This document shows positions 12,577 to 22,582 of a stretch of DNA of 64,000 bases, in pieces. The translations under genes and the position numbers were made by a program. The notes under the pieces are model-generated. The model worked only from the letters and a program-made list of their open reading frames with translations, did not search any database and was not told where the DNA came from. The stretch covers positions 27,011 to 91,010 of the IMG/VR virus record IMGVR_UViG_2563366895_000001, one strand, 5' to 3'. This DNA is from a virus. Lineage: Duplodnaviria; Heunggongvirae; Uroviricota; Caudoviricetes. Every line of letters starts with the position of its first letter. The stretch's first letter is position 1.

Positions 12577-12742
12577 CCACCCTGACCCAAAAAGTGCATT
12601 TATGTGCAGGATGCCAGAGTTTAGCAGTGAATATTTTGATGATCTGCCAGCGTATATCCTCGATACAGAAACGATGCTGATGGGGATTAACAGGAAGAAT
12701 CGCAACGTTAATGATTACAACCGAGCTATTAGCGGTAACTAA
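12491..12742 (+). CDS. Putative o-spanin (Rz1-like lipoprotein) overlapping the 3' end of the i-spanin-like gene in another frame
   Basis: ATG at 12491; lipobox LTLSGC; short Pro-rich mature region (LTPTPTKVNHPDPK) with a Cys; overlaps 12154..12576 by 86 nt. Confidence 0.45.
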   Translation: MFASVFLLTLSGCSGSRSANLTPTPTKVNHPDPKSAFMCRMPEFSSEYFDDLPAYILDTETMLMGINRKNRNVNDYNRAISGN

Positions 12743-12753
12743 AAGGGATTTTT

Positions 12754-13146
12754 ATGTCTGATAAAGTAACAGTAAAGCAAACTATCAACAAAGCGACTTC
12801 AATCTACAAAATTGAGCAAATCACTGTTGGCAAGCCAGGATCTGAACAATACCGTCGTGCTTTCGAGCTTGCCGATCAGCTTGGTTTAAAACACCCGGAT
12901 TGCATTGAGCATGTATTTCCGACCTATGCTGATGAGCAATGTACTCATGTTCTTACCGAAGAGGATTTTTTCAGCACTGAAGAACGAGAAGGCGTTGATC
13001 GCTGTATTGGTGTGATTTGCTCTTCAGTGAGTTATGAGTTATTCCCTAATGTCCATGAAGATAGTGGTATTGGATACCAATTCCTGTACGAAGGCGATGA
13101 GCTTAAATGTTATGAACATGGTCTTCTCATCGAAAGCATAGAATAA
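12754..13146 (+). CDS. Hypothetical protein
   Basis: 130-aa ORF followed by a hairpin terminator. Confidence 0.4.
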   Translation: MSDKVTVKQTINKATSIYKIEQITVGKPGSEQYRRAFELADQLGLKHPDCIEHVFPTYADEQCTHVLTEEDFFSTEEREGVDRCIGVICSSVSYELFPNVHEDSGIGYQFLYEGDELKCYEHGLLIESIE

Positions 13147-13160
13147 TACAGCTTCCTTCC

Positions 13161-13184
13161 AACCGGCTTTGTTGGCCGGTTTTT
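13161..13184 (+). terminator. Rho-independent terminator-like hairpin
   Basis: AACCGGC-TTTGTTG-GCCGGTT followed by TTT. Confidence 0.5.
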
Positions 13185-13270
13185 CACTTATCCACATTAT
13201 CCACTGGATAGATCCAATAATTAGGTCCATACAGATCCCAATTAGATCCATATAGATCCCTGATCGTTGC
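13185..13270. promoter_or_regulatory. Plasmid origin core (P1 oriR-like): tandem DnaA boxes and five GATC sites
   Basis: TTATCCACA / TTATCCACT at 13188..13205; five AGATCC-type GATC sites between 13211 and 13265; a further DnaA-box-like TATCCACAT near 13439. Confidence 0.6.
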
Positions 13271-13309
13271 AGGCCGCGCCACGTCTGGCCTAGAAGTGTA
13301 TCGCGATGT

Positions 13310-13410
13310 GTGCTGGAGGGAAAACGATGTGTGCTGGCGGGATAAAAATGTGTGCTGACGGGTTGCTAATGTGTGCTGGCGGGATATAGGATGTGTGCTG
13401 ACGGGAAAGC
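13310..13410. repeat. Five direct iterons (P1 incC-like) upstream of repA
   Basis: Repeated (G)ATGTGTGCTGG(A/C)GGG units at about 21-bp spacing. Confidence 0.7.
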
Positions 13411-13464
13411 CTGGGTAGTTATCATCACTTATAAAAACTATCCACATAATTCGGAAAAAGTAAT

Positions 13465-14325
13465 ATGAATCAATCATTTATCTCCGATATTCTTTACGCA
13501 GACATTGAAAGTAAGGCAAAAGAACTAACAGTTAATTCAAACAACACTGTGCAGCCTGTAGCGTTGATGCGCTTGGGGGTATTCGTTCCGAAGCCATCAA
13601 AGAGCAAAGGAGAAAGTAAAGAGATTGATGCCACCAAAGCGTTTTCCCAGCTGGAGATAGCTAAAGCCGAGGGTTACGATGATATTAAAATCACCGGTCC
13701 TCGACTCGATATGGATACTGATTTCAAAACGTGGATCGGTGTCATCTACGCGTTCAGCAAATACGGCTTGTCTTCAAACACCATCCAGTTATCGTTTCAG
13801 GAGTTCGCTAAAGCCTGTGGTTTCCCCTCAAAACGTCTGGATGCGAAACTGCGTTTAACCATTCATGAATCACTTGGACGCTTGCGTAACAAGGGTATCG
13901 CTTTTAAGCGCGGAAAAGATGCTAAAGGCGGCTATCAGACTGGTCTGCTGAAGGTCGGGCGTTTTGATGCTGACCTTGATCTGATAGAGCTGGAGGCCGA
14001 TTCGAAGCTCTGGGAGCTGTTCCAGCTTGATTATCGCGTTCTGTTGCAACACCACGCCTTGCGTGCCCTTCCGAAGAAAGAAGCTGCACAAGCCATTTAC
14101 ACTTTCATCGAAAGCCTTCCGCAGAACCCGTTGCCGCTATCGTTCGCGCGAATCCGTGAGCGCCTGGCTTTGCAGTCAGCTGTTGGCGAGCAAAACCGTA
14201 TCATTAAGAAAGCGATAGAACAGCTTAAAACAATCGGCTATCTCGACTGTTCAATTGAGAAGAAAGGCCGGGAAAGTTTTGTAATCGTCCATTCTCGCAA
14301 TCCAAAGCTGAAACTTCCCGAATAA
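13465..14325 (+). CDS. repA: Plasmid replication initiator RepA (P1 RepA-like, 286 aa)
   Basis: 286-aa ORF bracketed by matching iteron arrays; length and context as in the P1 R replicon. Confidence 0.8.
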   Translation: MNQSFISDILYADIESKAKELTVNSNNTVQPVALMRLGVFVPKPSKSKGESKEIDATKAFSQLEIAKAEGYDDIKITGPRLDMDTDFKTWIGVIYAFSKYGLSSNTIQLSFQEFAKACGFPSKRLDAKLRLTIHESLGRLRNKGIAFKRGKDAKGGYQTGLLKVGRFDADLDLIELEADSKLWELFQLDYRVLLQHHALRALPKKEAAQAIYTFIESLPQNPLPLSFARIRERLALQSAVGEQNRIIKKAIEQLKTIGYLDCSIEKKGRESFVIVHSRNPKLKLPE

Positions 14326-14620
14326 GTGTGTGCTGGAGGGCAGCTGCATTTGAAAAATGTGCGCTGCCGGGAATGCCTGCCCATTTTCCTGTTTTTGGTG
14401 TGCGCTGGAGGGTTGCGCCACGCAGTTTGCCCAGACATTCCCTCCAGCACACATCTAACCATCCAAGTTTCCCTCCAGCGCACATCTAATCTTCTATCTT
14501 TCCCTTCAGCGCACATATTTGATACCAGCGATCCCTCCACAACACATAATTCAATGCGACTTCCCTCTATCGCACATTCTGGCCCTGCATCATCCCTCCA
14601 GCACACATCTAATAGCCTCA
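14326..14620. repeat. Nine iterons in both orientations (P1 incA-like copy-control locus)
   Basis: Three forward units (GTGTGCTGGAGGG-type) then six inverted units (CCCTCCAGCACACATC-type) immediately after repA. Confidence 0.7.
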
Positions 14621-14718
14621 TCGCTATTTCTTTACGTGCAATAATTTACGCACGAATCAAAATAAGTTGCACGTAGCAGAATCAAACGTACAATTCACTC
14701 ATACGAAATGATAAGGAG

Positions 14719-15930
14719 ATGATGATGAAACGCGATTACGGCGGTGTCGGCACCATAGCTCTTCGTGCAAGCGCATTACTTAAGGCCATGAGTCAGGATA
14801 TTGAAGATCAGCGCAAAGAGTTCAATCAGACCGAGTATTATCAGACGTTCACTCGTAACGCTGTGGCAAAGTTGCCGAAGCTGAGCCGCCGCATTGTGGA
14901 GCAGGCCATCAAAGAGATGGAAGATGATGGGTACCAGTTCAACAAGAAACAGGTCGGTAACGTTGAACAGTACGCGCTGACCATCCAGAACGTCATTGAT
15001 ATCTATGCCCACCGTAAGATCCCAAAATATCGCGACATTCACAAATCGCCTTACGTTATTTTTGTCGTAAACCTGAAGGGTGGCGTATCCAAAACGGTTT
15101 CCACAGTCACGTTGGCGCACGCTCTGCGTGTGCATCAGGATTTACTGCGTCACGATCTGCGCATTCTGGTAATTGACCTTGACCCTCAGGCATCCAGCAC
15201 AATGTTCCTCGACCATACTCACAGTATTGGTTCCATCCTGGAAACCGCCGCGCAGGCGATGCTGAACGACCTGGACGCGGAGACGCTACGCAAAGAGGTG
15301 ATTCGTCCGACCATCGTTCCTGGCGTAGACGTGATTCCAGCCTCTATCGACGATGGCTTTGTTGCCAGCCAATGGAAAGAGCTGGTTGAAGAGCATCTTC
15401 CCGGACAAAATCAGTACGAAATCCTTCGACGCAATATCATTGATCGTGTTGCGGATGATTATGACTTTATCTTTATTGATACCGGTCCACACCTGGATCC
15501 GTTCCTGCTCAACGGTCTGGCGGCCAGCGATTTGCTGCTTACCCCTACCCCACCAGCCCAGGTTGACTTCCACTCAACACTGAAATATCTCACCCGTCTG
15601 CCAGAAATGCTGGAGCAACTGGAGGAGGAAGGCGTAGAACCGCGTTTAAGCGCCAGCATTGGTTTTATGTCGAAGATGACCGGCAAGCGCGATCACGAGA
15701 CATCACACAGCCTTGCGCGTGAGGTTTACGCCAGCAACATTCTGGACTCTTCTCTGCCTCGTCTGGATGGATTTGAGCGATGCGGCGAGTCTTTCGACAC
15801 CGTAATCAGTGCCAACCCGCAATCGTATCCAGGCAGTGCAGAGGCGCTGAAGAAGGCACGAACCGAGGCCGAGCGTTTCACTAAGGCTGTGTTTGATCGA
15901 ATTGAGTTTGTTAGGGGTGAGGCGGCATGA
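14719..15930 (+). CDS. parA: Partition ATPase ParA (P1/P7 ParA-like, Walker-type)
   Basis: Deviant Walker A NLKGGVSKTVSTV; conserved C-terminus LPRLDGFERCGESFDTVISANP...KAVFDRIEF; stop overlaps parB start. Confidence 0.85.
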   Translation: MMMKRDYGGVGTIALRASALLKAMSQDIEDQRKEFNQTEYYQTFTRNAVAKLPKLSRRIVEQAIKEMEDDGYQFNKKQVGNVEQYALTIQNVIDIYAHRKIPKYRDIHKSPYVIFVVNLKGGVSKTVSTVTLAHALRVHQDLLRHDLRILVIDLDPQASSTMFLDHTHSIGSILETAAQAMLNDLDAETLRKEVIRPTIVPGVDVIPASIDDGFVASQWKELVEEHLPGQNQYEILRRNIIDRVADDYDFIFIDTGPHLDPFLLNGLAASDLLLTPTPPAQVDFHSTLKYLTRLPEMLEQLEEEGVEPRLSASIGFMSKMTGKRDHETSHSLAREVYASNILDSSLPRLDGFERCGESFDTVISANPQSYPGSAEALKKARTEAERFTKAVFDRIEFVRGEAA

Positions 15931-16892
15931 AAAAAATAGTTTCCCGTGGACGAGTGCTGGGCAAGAATAGCTCCGAGTTTGCTCGCATGCTTGAAGGCAG
16001 TGAAGGCACCAAAACCTTTACCCTAAAATCTGGCCGCCAGGCTAAATTTTTGCTTACCGTTGTGCTGAGTGGTGAGATTGAGTCGCGCACGTTCGTTGAC
16101 CCGGCAGTTAACGGCCGCGATCAGTCTCTGCTCACCCCTGAGTCGGTAAGCGATATTTCCCGCACCATTAAATTGCAACAGTTCTTCCCGGCTATCGGTC
16201 GTATGGTTGGGGAGCGCATTGAGGTATTGGACGGATCACGTCGCCGCGCTGCGTGTATCTTCAATGAAACGAAATTTGAGATTCTGGTGACGAAAGATGA
16301 TATCAGCCTGGCGGATGCACGCCAGCTGGCTATTGATATCCAGACAGCCCGCGAACACACCCTGCGCGAACTGGGTAAACGCTTCGAGGTTATGTATGGT
16401 AAGAGCATGACCAAAGAAGAGATCGCCCGCGCTGAGAACATTTCAAAGGCTAAAGTTACGCGCGCGTTCCAGGCGGCAGCGGTGCCGGATGAGATGATTG
16501 CTGTCTTCCCTGTTGCCAGCGATCTCGCCCTTCCAGATTACCAGTTACTGCTCCAGATCTCCGAGGATGCCAACGCTAAAAGCGTGCCTATTGAAGAGCT
16601 GGTTGATACGGTGCGCGAACGAATTGCAGAGACTGAGGGCGCGAAAGAGGATAAAGCGAAGATACTGGCTATCTTCAAAGCGGAAAGCAAAAGCCTGAAG
16701 CCCGCGCCGGTTAAATCTGTGGTGGTTGAGAAGCTGCGAGACTTCTCTGACCGTCGCCAATATGCCCGAAAGAAGTCCGATCCGAAAAAACGGATTGTCG
16801 CCTACGAGTTCTCCAGACTCCCGTCTGAAGTGCAAACTGAAATTGACGAAGCAATAAAAAAAATCATTGGGAAAATGTCTGCTGGGGAATAA
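15927..16892 (+). CDS. parB: Partition protein ParB-like
   Basis: Translationally coupled to parA (ATGA overlap); 321 aa; position as in P1; sequence more divergent than ParA. Confidence 0.7.
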   Translation: MKKIVSRGRVLGKNSSEFARMLEGSEGTKTFTLKSGRQAKFLLTVVLSGEIESRTFVDPAVNGRDQSLLTPESVSDISRTIKLQQFFPAIGRMVGERIEVLDGSRRRAACIFNETKFEILVTKDDISLADARQLAIDIQTAREHTLRELGKRFEVMYGKSMTKEEIARAENISKAKVTRAFQAAAVPDEMIAVFPVASDLALPDYQLLLQISEDANAKSVPIEELVDTVRERIAETEGAKEDKAKILAIFKAESKSLKPAPVKSVVVEKLRDFSDRRQYARKKSDPKKRIVAYEFSRLPSEVQTEIDEAIKKIIGKMSAGE

Positions 16893-16929
16893 TCCCGCTG
16901 GTGGGAGGCGGCTTTAGCCCCCTCCCCTG

Positions 16930-17060
16930 TCTAAAATGTCCCGCGTCTATTTCATGTATAAATATATGATATATATAGATATTCATGAAAAATTTCAGAC
17001 TGAAATTCCCACGGTTTCACGCCTGTTTTACTTGCCCCCCTCCCCCGCACAAAAAATTTA
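16930..17060. promoter_or_regulatory. Centromere-like region (parS candidate)
   Basis: AT-rich core flanked by ATTTCA-type heptamers (ATTTCAT, AATTTCAG, GGTTTCAC) directly downstream of parB; exact boxes not resolved. Confidence 0.35.
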
Positions 17061-17158
17061 AAAAATTACTTTTAGCAAGAAAGTCAACAAGTGACTTTCA
17101 ATAAAATCTCTTCCGAAAAGGGATTCACACAAGTGCCTTGTGTTTAAGGAAGAGTAAA

Positions 17159-18865
17159 TTGAGTAACTTACGCGAATACCAGAATCGTATTGCAGATATC
17201 GCAAAACGCTCTAAAGCTGTGCTTGGCTGGGCAAGCACTGCGCAGTTCGGTACTGATAACCAATTCATTAAAGATGATGCCGCGCGTGCCGCATCTATCC
17301 TTGAAGCTGCACGTAAAGACCCGGTTTTTGCAGGTATCTCTGATAATGCCACCGCTCAAATTGCTACAGCGTGGGCAAGTGCACTGGCTGACTACGCCGC
17401 AGCACATAAATCTATGCCGCGTCCGGAAATTCTGGCCTCCTGCCACCAGACGCTGGAAAACTGCCTGATTGAGTCCACCCGCAATAGCATGGATGCCACT
17501 AATAAAGCGATGCTGGAATCCGTCGCAGCAGAGATGATGAGCGTTTCTGACGGTGTTATGCGTCTGCCTTTATTCCTCGCGATGATCCTGCCTGTTCAGT
17601 TGGGGGCAGCTACCGCTGATGCGTGTACCTTCATTCCGGTTACGCGTGACCAGTCCGATATCTATGAAGTCTTTAACGTGGCAGGTTCCTCTTTTGGTTC
17701 TTATGCTGCTGGTGATGTTCTGGACATGCAATCCGTCGGTGTGTACAGCCAGTTACGCCGCCGCTATGTGCTGGTGGCAAGCTCCGATGGCACCAGCAAA
17801 ACCGCAACCTTCAAGATGGAAGACTTCGAAGGCCAGAATGTACCAATCCGAAAAGGTCGCACTAACATCTACGTTAACCGTATTAAGTCTGTTGTTGATA
17901 ACGGTTCCGGCAGCCTACTTCACTCGTTTACTAATGCTGCTGGTGAGCAAATCACTGTTACCTGCTCTCTGAACTACAACATTGGTCAGATTGCCCTGTC
18001 GTTCTCCAAAGCGCCGGATAAAGGCACTGAGATCGCAATTGAGACGGAAATCAATATTGAAGCCGCTCCTGAGCTGATCCCGCTGATCAACCACGAAATG
18101 AAGAAATACACCCTGTTCCCAAGCCAGTTCGTTATCGCGGCTGAGCACACGGTACAGGCGGCGTATGAAGCACAGCGTGAATTTGGTCTGGACCTGGGTT
18201 CCCTACAGTTCCGCACCCTGAAGGAATACCTGTCTCATGAACAGGATATGCTGCGTCTTCGCATCATGATCTGGCGTACTCTTGCGAACGACACCTTTGA
18301 CATCGCTCTGCCGGTTAACCAGTCCTTTGATGTATGGGCAACCATCATTCGTGGCAAATTCCAGACTGTATATCGCGACATTATTGAGCGCGTTAAATCT
18401 TCTGGTGCGATGGGGATGTTTGCTGGTGCTGATGCAGCATCTTTCTTCAAACAGTTGCCGAAGGATTTCTTCCAGCCAGCCGAAGACTATATCCAGACTC
18501 CGTATGTTCACTACATCGGTACCCTGTTCGGTAACGTGAAAGTGTACGAAGTACCTGCTGGTATTTGTAAGAACTTAACGACAGAGAACATTCAGTTCAG
18601 CTCGATGGATGTGCTGTGCTACGTCCGTGATGAAAATCCGGGTAAAGCAGGCTTCGTGACTGGTGATGCTGTCCCGGCCATCCCGTTCCAGCATCCGACC
18701 ACTCCGGCGCTGGTCAACCGTACCACGCTGTGGGGTTCGGCTATCAACGATATGCACCCACGCAACGGCGCTGATTACTTCACTCGTGTAACGCTGACAA
18801 TGGCCAAAAAAGGCGGGCTTAACTTCATAAGCGGCGACACGATTGATGCCGGTGACTCTGAGTAA
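17159..18865 (+). CDS. Putative major head protein (P1 gene 23 position); TTG start assumed
   Basis: Large ORF directly after the par locus as in P1; AAGGAAG 7 nt before TTG at 17159 (listed ORF begins at TTG 17138). Confidence 0.45.
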   Translation: MSNLREYQNRIADIAKRSKAVLGWASTAQFGTDNQFIKDDAARAASILEAARKDPVFAGISDNATAQIATAWASALADYAAAHKSMPRPEILASCHQTLENCLIESTRNSMDATNKAMLESVAAEMMSVSDGVMRLPLFLAMILPVQLGAATADACTFIPVTRDQSDIYEVFNVAGSSFGSYAAGDVLDMQSVGVYSQLRRRYVLVASSDGTSKTATFKMEDFEGQNVPIRKGRTNIYVNRIKSVVDNGSGSLLHSFTNAAGEQITVTCSLNYNIGQIALSFSKAPDKGTEIAIETEINIEAAPELIPLINHEMKKYTLFPSQFVIAAEHTVQAAYEAQREFGLDLGSLQFRTLKEYLSHEQDMLRLRIMIWRTLANDTFDIALPVNQSFDVWATIIRGKFQTVYRDIIERVKSSGAMGMFAGADAASFFKQLPKDFFQPAEDYIQTPYVHYIGTLFGNVKVYEVPAGICKNLTTENIQFSSMDVLCYVRDENPGKAGFVTGDAVPAIPFQHPTTPALVNRTTLWGSAINDMHPRNGADYFTRVTLTMAKKGGLNFISGDTIDAGDSE

Positions 18866-18925
18866 TCAGGGGAAGTTCTCCGTTTAACATAGCGCCCCCG
18901 TGCGGGGCGCATAACAGGGAAAGTT

Positions 18926-20515
18926 ATGTCTCAATATTCAATTCAACAGTCATTAGGTAATGCATCCGGCGTCGCGGTTAGCCCGATCAATGCCGATGCG
19001 ACGTTATCTACCGGTGTTGCATTAAATAGCAGCTTGTGGGCTGGTATTGGCGTATTTGCGCGTGGCAAGCCGTTTACTGTTCTGGCGGTTACTGAGTCCA
19101 ATTACGAAGATGTTCTCGGCGAACCGCTGAAGCCGTCTTCCGGCTCACAGTTCGAACCAATTCGTCATGTGTACGAAGCTATTCAGCAAACGTCTGGTTA
19201 TGTTGTTCGTGCTGTTCCGGATGATGCGAAGTTCCCGATTATTATGTTCGATGAATCAGGCGAACCAGCTTACAGTGCGTTGCCATACGGTTCTGAAATT
19301 GAACTTGATAGCGGCGAAGCCTTTGCTATCTACGTTGATGATGGTGATCCGTGTATTTCACCTACCCGTGAGTTAACCATCGAAACGGCAACAGCGGACA
19401 GCGCAGGTAATGAACGCTTCCTCTTAAAACTGACCCAGACGACTTCGCTCGGTGTGGTAACGACCCTGGAGACACACACTGTGTCTTTGGCGGAAGAAGC
19501 GAAAGATGACATGGGCCGCTTGTGTTATCTGCCTACGGCTCTGGAAGCCCGTTCTAAATATCTGCGCGCGGTTGTTAATGAAGAGCTGATTTCGACCGCG
19601 AAAGTAACAAATAAAAAATCACTGGCGTTCACTGGCGGTACCAACGGCGATCAGTCGAAAATCTCCACCGAAGCCTACCTGCGTGCGGTTAAGGTGCTGA
19701 ACAATGCGCCGTACATGTACACCGCTGTTCTCGGCCTGGGTTGCTATGACAATGCGGCGATCACCGCGTTAGGTAATATCTGTTCTGATCGCCTGATTGA
19801 TGGCTTCTTTGATGTCAAACCGACATTGACGTATACGGAAGCGCTCTCTGCTGTTGAAGATACCGGTTTACTTGGTACCGATTATGTAAGCTGTGCTGTC
19901 TATCACTTCCCGTTCTCCTGCAAAGACAAATGGACCCAATCCCGTGTGGTCTTCGGTCTGTCTGGCGCGGCGTATGCGGCGAAAGCTCGTGGCGTCAAGA
20001 AAAACTCTGATGTCGGCGGTTGGCATTACTCACCGGCTGGTGAAGAACGTGCCGTCATTGCTCGTGCGTCAATTCAACCGCTGTATCCGGAAGATACCCC
20101 GGACGAAGAAGCAATGGTCAAGGGCCGTCTCAATAAAGTATCTGTTGGCACCTCTGGCCAGATGATCATCGACGATGCTTTAACTTGCTGCACGCAGGAT
20201 AACTATCTGCACTTCCAGCACGTCCCATCCCTGATGAATGCAATCAGCCGTTTCTTTGTCCAGTTAGCCCGACAGATGAAGCATAGCCCGGACGGTATTA
20301 CTGCGGCTGGCCTGACTAAAGGGATGACCAAACTTTTAGATCGCTTTGTCGCCTCCGGCGCTCTGGTGGCTCCTCGTGATCCTGATGCTGACGGTACAGA
20401 ACCGTATGTGCTGAAAGTTACGCAGGCGGAATTCGATAAATGGGAAGTAGTCTGGGCCTGCTGCCCGACTGGCGTAGCCCGTCGTATCCAGGGCGTACCG
20501 CTGCTTATTAAGTAA
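18926..20515 (+). CDS. Putative tail sheath protein (P1 gene 22 position)
   Basis: 529-aa ORF, size and position consistent with contractile-tail sheath; GG(T)NGD-like motif (AFTGGTNGDQ). Confidence 0.45.
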   Translation: MSQYSIQQSLGNASGVAVSPINADATLSTGVALNSSLWAGIGVFARGKPFTVLAVTESNYEDVLGEPLKPSSGSQFEPIRHVYEAIQQTSGYVVRAVPDDAKFPIIMFDESGEPAYSALPYGSEIELDSGEAFAIYVDDGDPCISPTRELTIETATADSAGNERFLLKLTQTTSLGVVTTLETHTVSLAEEAKDDMGRLCYLPTALEARSKYLRAVVNEELISTAKVTNKKSLAFTGGTNGDQSKISTEAYLRAVKVLNNAPYMYTAVLGLGCYDNAAITALGNICSDRLIDGFFDVKPTLTYTEALSAVEDTGLLGTDYVSCAVYHFPFSCKDKWTQSRVVFGLSGAAYAAKARGVKKNSDVGGWHYSPAGEERAVIARASIQPLYPEDTPDEEAMVKGRLNKVSVGTSGQMIIDDALTCCTQDNYLHFQHVPSLMNAISRFFVQLARQMKHSPDGITAAGLTKGMTKLLDRFVASGALVAPRDPDADGTEPYVLKVTQAEFDKWEVVWACCPTGVARRIQGVPLLIK

Positions 20516-20524
20516 GGGAATACA

Positions 20525-21340
20525 ATGAGCAAAAACTTTTTTCAATCCGGGGCATTTTTGGGGAATGGACTGTCTCGTTTCGCTTTGAACTCTGATCCTG
20601 TGCAGTTGATGGAGTCTGCCCGAGCAAGCGCCGAACCGCCAACAGATCCGGTTATTAATAATAATCCGGAACCGGCGGCACAGACTAACGATAACGTTCC
20701 ATCTGATCCGGCTCCTGAGCAAATCCTGGAAGAGAAAGACGGTAAAGAATGGACCGTTGAACAGGCGCACCAGATGATTCTGGAAGCTGCAAATCGAAGT
20801 GCTATGCAAAATGCGTTGAGTGATGCGGCCGACGCCGTTTTCGCCTGGGCTGATAGCGGTGATCTGACTTTCGACTCCCTTGATGGTTTCGTTCAGGCTA
20901 TCGCTGGTATCTCTGATGACGACGACTCCGAAGTTACAGAAGAACAGGACGATGCCTATAACGAAGCATGGGCAAATGTTGCTGACTTCCTCGCAGCATG
21001 CGGTGTAGATGATGACCTGATCGAAGCACTGGCTGACGATGAAGACGACGACGCAGCTGCTGATGTTGGTGCCTCTATCGCTGGTTTAGATAGCGACGAC
21101 CGTGATGAACTGGAAGCGGCGTTTGTTGTTGCTGGCACTTCTGATGAAATGCTGACTGAAGCATTTAAGAAGGTTGTTCGTAACGGTGAGATCAAACTCA
21201 TCCGTAAACGCCTGCGTAAAAAACGTCTGACTGCGGCTCAAAAATCGGCGCTGAAAAAAGCGCGTCGAAAAGCCCAGACCGGCGCGGCAAAACTTGCCCG
21301 CAAAAAGTCAATGAAACTGCGCCGTAAGCGCCTTGGCTAA
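20525..21340 (+). CDS. Hypothetical acidic protein with basic C-terminal tail
   Basis: Long D/E-rich stretches then KRLRKKRL...KLRRKRLG; scaffold- or internal-protein-like composition. Confidence 0.35.
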   Translation: MSKNFFQSGAFLGNGLSRFALNSDPVQLMESARASAEPPTDPVINNNPEPAAQTNDNVPSDPAPEQILEEKDGKEWTVEQAHQMILEAANRSAMQNALSDAADAVFAWADSGDLTFDSLDGFVQAIAGISDDDDSEVTEEQDDAYNEAWANVADFLAACGVDDDLIEALADDEDDDAAADVGASIAGLDSDDRDELEAAFVVAGTSDEMLTEAFKKVVRNGEIKLIRKRLRKKRLTAAQKSALKKARRKAQTGAAKLARKKSMKLRRKRLG

Positions 21341-21375
21341 AGGAGGAGGCCGGAGAACTCCGGCCTTTAACTTGA

Positions 21376-21957
21376 ATGGCACCTATACCTTATGGGGTTT
21401 ACAGCCAGGCTGACGGTGTATCGCCATTTCTGAAAGTTACTTTAACGAACTCTCAGTATCAGGTTACCGGATATATCAGCCAGGGGGCAGCAATGAACAT
21501 GGCCCAGAATTGGGAAGCGCCGTTTACCGGTATGTCCATGGGGTCTGTTGCTGGTGCTTTCAGTGGTTTTGCGCAGGTTGGTACTGAAACAACGTCGGTG
21601 GCCCGTTGGAACAGCTTAATGGTTTGGGAAGGGGGAACACCGCCGACTTTCACGCTGCCAGTAACTTTCATCGCTTTGTTTGACCCATTCACGGAGGTTT
21701 CAGGAGCTATCGCCGCATTGTCAGCGATGATTAGCCCGGAACTTAAAGATGCCAGTATTGGTGGTCGAATCCCGGAGCGTGTGACGCTAAACATTGGTCG
21801 CCGGATCAACATCATTGATGTCGCTATCCAGGACATAAGTTTCGATCTCGATGCGCCCAGGGACAGCAATGGGCATTTCCTGAAAAACACCGTCAACCTC
21901 CAGTTGACCGGTTCTTCGATATATAACAGCTCCGATATTGTTCGGGCGTTCCAGTAA
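21376..21957 (+). CDS. Putative tail tube-like protein
   Basis: 193-aa ORF in the sheath block; assignment by position only. Confidence 0.3.
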   Translation: MAPIPYGVYSQADGVSPFLKVTLTNSQYQVTGYISQGAAMNMAQNWEAPFTGMSMGSVAGAFSGFAQVGTETTSVARWNSLMVWEGGTPPTFTLPVTFIALFDPFTEVSGAIAALSAMISPELKDASIGGRIPERVTLNIGRRINIIDVAIQDISFDLDAPRDSNGHFLKNTVNLQLTGSSIYNSSDIVRAFQ

Positions 21958-21968
21958 AAGGATTTTAT

Positions 21969-22478
21969 ATGGGGCACAATAACACTAAGGGAAACCGTAA
22001 ATTTATTAAGGGCCGCTATACTGCCAACGCGGCCAAAGGCGAACGACTGGTATCTTCTGAATTCCAGCTCACTTTTGCAGGCTATGAAGATATCAGTGTA
22101 CTTGTTCGTACGTCGCAAATCCCTGAAATGACTCGCGAGGATGTGGAGGACTATGGTCCGAATGGTGTGAAGTTCAACCAGCACGGACCAATTCGAAACT
22201 CTGGGGAAATCCAGGTCCAGTGCGTGGAGACTATCGAAGGCGATATTCTTCAGTTCATCAAGGATCGCATTGCGGCGAAGGACTATGTTGATATCACGAT
22301 GGCTGCTACCCCTGAATCCAAATCTTCCGGGGTTAACGCTGTGACAAAAGCTGCTACAACAATTGAAATGTTGGACTGCAAAATCTACAGTGATGCAATC
22401 GACTTTAGTACCGAAGATGTGACTGCCGCTGTGCGCCCGTCACTTCGTATCGTCTACAACTGGATTGAGTGGGATTAA
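21969..22478 (+). CDS. Hypothetical tail-associated protein
   Basis: 169-aa ORF followed by a strong terminator. Confidence 0.3.
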   Translation: MGHNNTKGNRKFIKGRYTANAAKGERLVSSEFQLTFAGYEDISVLVRTSQIPEMTREDVEDYGPNGVKFNQHGPIRNSGEIQVQCVETIEGDILQFIKDRIAAKDYVDITMAATPESKSSGVNAVTKAATTIEMLDCKIYSDAIDFSTEDVTAAVRPSLRIVYNWIEWD

Positions 22479-22497
22479 GAGTCATCCCTTGTATTTT

Positions 22498-22520
22498 AAA
22501 GCTCCTTCGGGAGCTTTTTT
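22498..22520 (+). terminator. Rho-independent terminator
   Basis: AAAGCTCC-TTCG-GGAGCTTT followed by TTT. Confidence 0.6.
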
Positions 22521-22582
22521 ATTTGGAGAGGAAAGGGTGCATTGAGGATACCTGACACACGAAGAGTGGCGGGGATCTCTCC

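Noticed and set aside
13310-14620. Regularly spaced short repeats that could be mistaken for a CRISPR array
   Set aside because: Units are 19-bp iterons in both orientations flanking a replication initiator gene, with no repeat-spacer periodicity and no cas genes.
17040-17137. Inverted repeat GAAAGTCA-ACAAG-TGACTTTC upstream of the head gene, and a related GTCACTTGTT upstream of darB, as possible late-promoter elements
   Set aside because: I cannot reconstruct the P1 late promoter consensus with confidence, and only two loosely related instances were seen.
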